Source: Dehalococcoidia bacterium (GTDB lineage Bacteria > Chloroflexota > Dehalococcoidia > Lucifugimonadales > Australimonadaceae). From it: DNA of 64,000 bases. The notes under the pieces were generated by a model. That model was not told the origin of the DNA. It saw only the letters and a program-made list of their open reading frames with translations, and made no database searches. The first letter of the stretch is position 1; the number at the start of each line of letters is the position of its first letter. Positions 63,160-64,000 of this stretch are shown in pieces. The DNA is taken from NCBI GenBank assembly GCA_965116305.1, contig OZ220673.1, positions 2,403,362-2,467,361 of the forward strand, given 5' to 3'. The translations under genes and the position numbers were made by a program.

Positions 63160-63321
63160 ATAAGCGGGGACGTCCCCTGAGAGATGCTTCGACTCCGCTG
63201 CGCTCCGCTCAGCATGACAACACTCCACCTGTCCCCACAACTCCCCCTTGTGCGCTGCCCGCGCACCCTGGATTCCCGCCGGTGCGGGAATGACGGGAAG
63301 TGGTTGACGCTCTGCCGGCCC
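63160..63321. repeat. intergenic repeat cluster 8 (GGGGACGTCCCC palindrome, 3' half of the TIR element 63179-63218, M1 reverse 63250-63294)
   Basis: GAGAGATGCTTCGACTCCGCTGCGCTCCGCTCAGCATGAC; GTGCGCTGCCCGCGCACCCTGGATTCCCGCCGGTGCGGGAATGAC, which is near-identical to 30410-30454. Confidence 0.75.
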
Positions 63322-64000
63322 TCACCACCTTGACGGCGCAAGCGCTTCCAGCGTGTCGCGCATCAGCGGCAGGTCGGCCCCGTGGGGGAGCATCAGCACC
63401 GGCAGCGTGACGCCTGCCGCGTACGCCGCCTCCAGCCGCTCCCTGGCGTGGGCCGGAGTGCCCACGAGGCTCGTCGAGTCCAGCATCTCGTCGGTGACGG
63501 CGGCTGCGGCAGCCGGACGGCCCTCGCGGTTCGGGCGCGCCCACTCCCGGTTGATGCGCTCCGCCTCCTCCGTCCACCCGAAACGCTGGAGCATCCGGTT
63601 GTAGAACGTCCCCATACCGCCCGCGTAGAACGCGACGTGCGCCCTCGCCAGGTCCCGCGCAGCCTCCGGCGCTCGTTCGGATGCCGCCGCCAGCATCGCG
63701 GGCGCTATCTCGATGGCAGACGCGTCGCGACCCGACCGCGCCGCGCCCGCCGCCAGCATCGCCCGCATCTCCGGCAGTGCGTCGATGCGCAGGAAGATCG
63801 GCAGCCAGCCCTCGGCCAGCTCGCCGGTCAACTCGACGTTGCGGGGGCCTATCGAGGCCAGCATGACCGGCACGGCGGGGCGCGGAGGCTCGTCGCGCAG
63901 GCGGAAGCCCCGCAGCCGGAAGACTTTGCCGTCGTAGTCGACCCGCTCGCCCGAGAGCGCCAGGCGCACGATCTCGATGAACTCGCGCGTCCGCTGCAAG
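63322..64000 (-). CDS. LLM-class (luciferase-like) flavin/F420-dependent oxidoreductase, C-terminal part (5' end outside window)
   Basis: ORF 63322..63999. ...EFIEIVRLALSGERVDYDGKVFRLRGFRL...VPVMLASIGPRNVELTGELAEGWLPIFL...FYAGGMGTFYNRML... Confidence 0.75.
   Translation of the reverse strand, partial: LQRTREFIEIVRLALSGERVDYDGKVFRLRGFRLRDEPPRPAVPVMLASIGPRNVELTGELAEGWLPIFLRIDALPEMRAMLAAGAARSGRDASAIEIAPAMLAAASERAPEAARDLARAHVAFYAGGMGTFYNRMLQRFGWTEEAERINREWARPNREGRPAAAAAVTDEMLDSTSLVGTPAHARERLEAAYAAGVTLPVLMLPHGADLPLMRDTLEALAPSRW

Noticed and set aside
12254-63321. Possibility that the recurring hairpin repeats form a CRISPR array.
   Set aside because: The repeats are heterogeneous modules with irregular spacing, are scattered over 50 kb, and are individually palindromic. 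There are no uniform repeat-spacer units and no cas genes.

Overview
The window is a visibly GC-rich bacterial chromosomal segment. All calls come from reading the ORF track and the DNA, with no database search. Gene content and ribosomal-protein forms suggest a monoderm, Chloroflexota-like lineage; this is inference only.

Layout:
- 1-2 kb: end of the nuo operon (nuoM, nuoN).
- 2-20 kb: housekeeping and accessory genes. These include a methyltransferase, an SDR, an HPP-family protein, a GYD protein, a DUF35 gene with an in-frame TGA, lpd, korAB, thyX, a TPP-riboswitch-controlled SSS-transporter/tenA/thiD operon, an HU-type gene, dinB and an OCD-family gene.
- 20-29 kb: gatCA, an ABC-2 exporter, recF, an orphan phage-terminase-like gene, hicBA and a lipoprotein.
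- 29-36 kb: a SAM-cycle/methionine-salvage block (mtnA, mtnP, rhodanese, ahcY, metK) followed by a phosphohexomutase.
- 35.8-57.5 kb, minus strand: an uninterrupted str-S10-spc-alpha-L13 ribosomal block of about 21.8 kb (rpsL to rpsI). There is no tuf between fusA and rpsJ.
- 57.7-64 kb: a PduO-type adenosyltransferase, an FMN-dependent hydroxyacid dehydrogenase, a putative di-iron protein, mmsA, a Zn-dependent alcohol dehydrogenase and a partial LLM-class oxidoreductase.

No rRNA, tRNA or CRISPR array was seen.

Most notable observations:
1. At least six ribosomal proteins (uL3, uS17, uL13, uS3, uL5, uS5) carry long low-complexity extensions. Most are Ala/Glu-rich, partly encoded by perfect tandem DNA repeats, and four share a VAEVEE-type motif; a related form (VADPEE) occurs in uS3.
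2. A modular family of palindromic intergenic repeats occurs in eight clusters. Two clusters contain TIR-bounded MITE-like elements bracketed by perfect 24-bp and 15-bp direct duplications. One duplication copies the last seven codons plus stop of the terminase-like gene.
3. A full-length DUF35 Zn-ribbon/OB-fold gene is interrupted by a single in-frame TGA.
4. A lone terminase-large-subunit-like gene sits directly upstream of recF, preceded by a promoter/hairpin/terminator unit.
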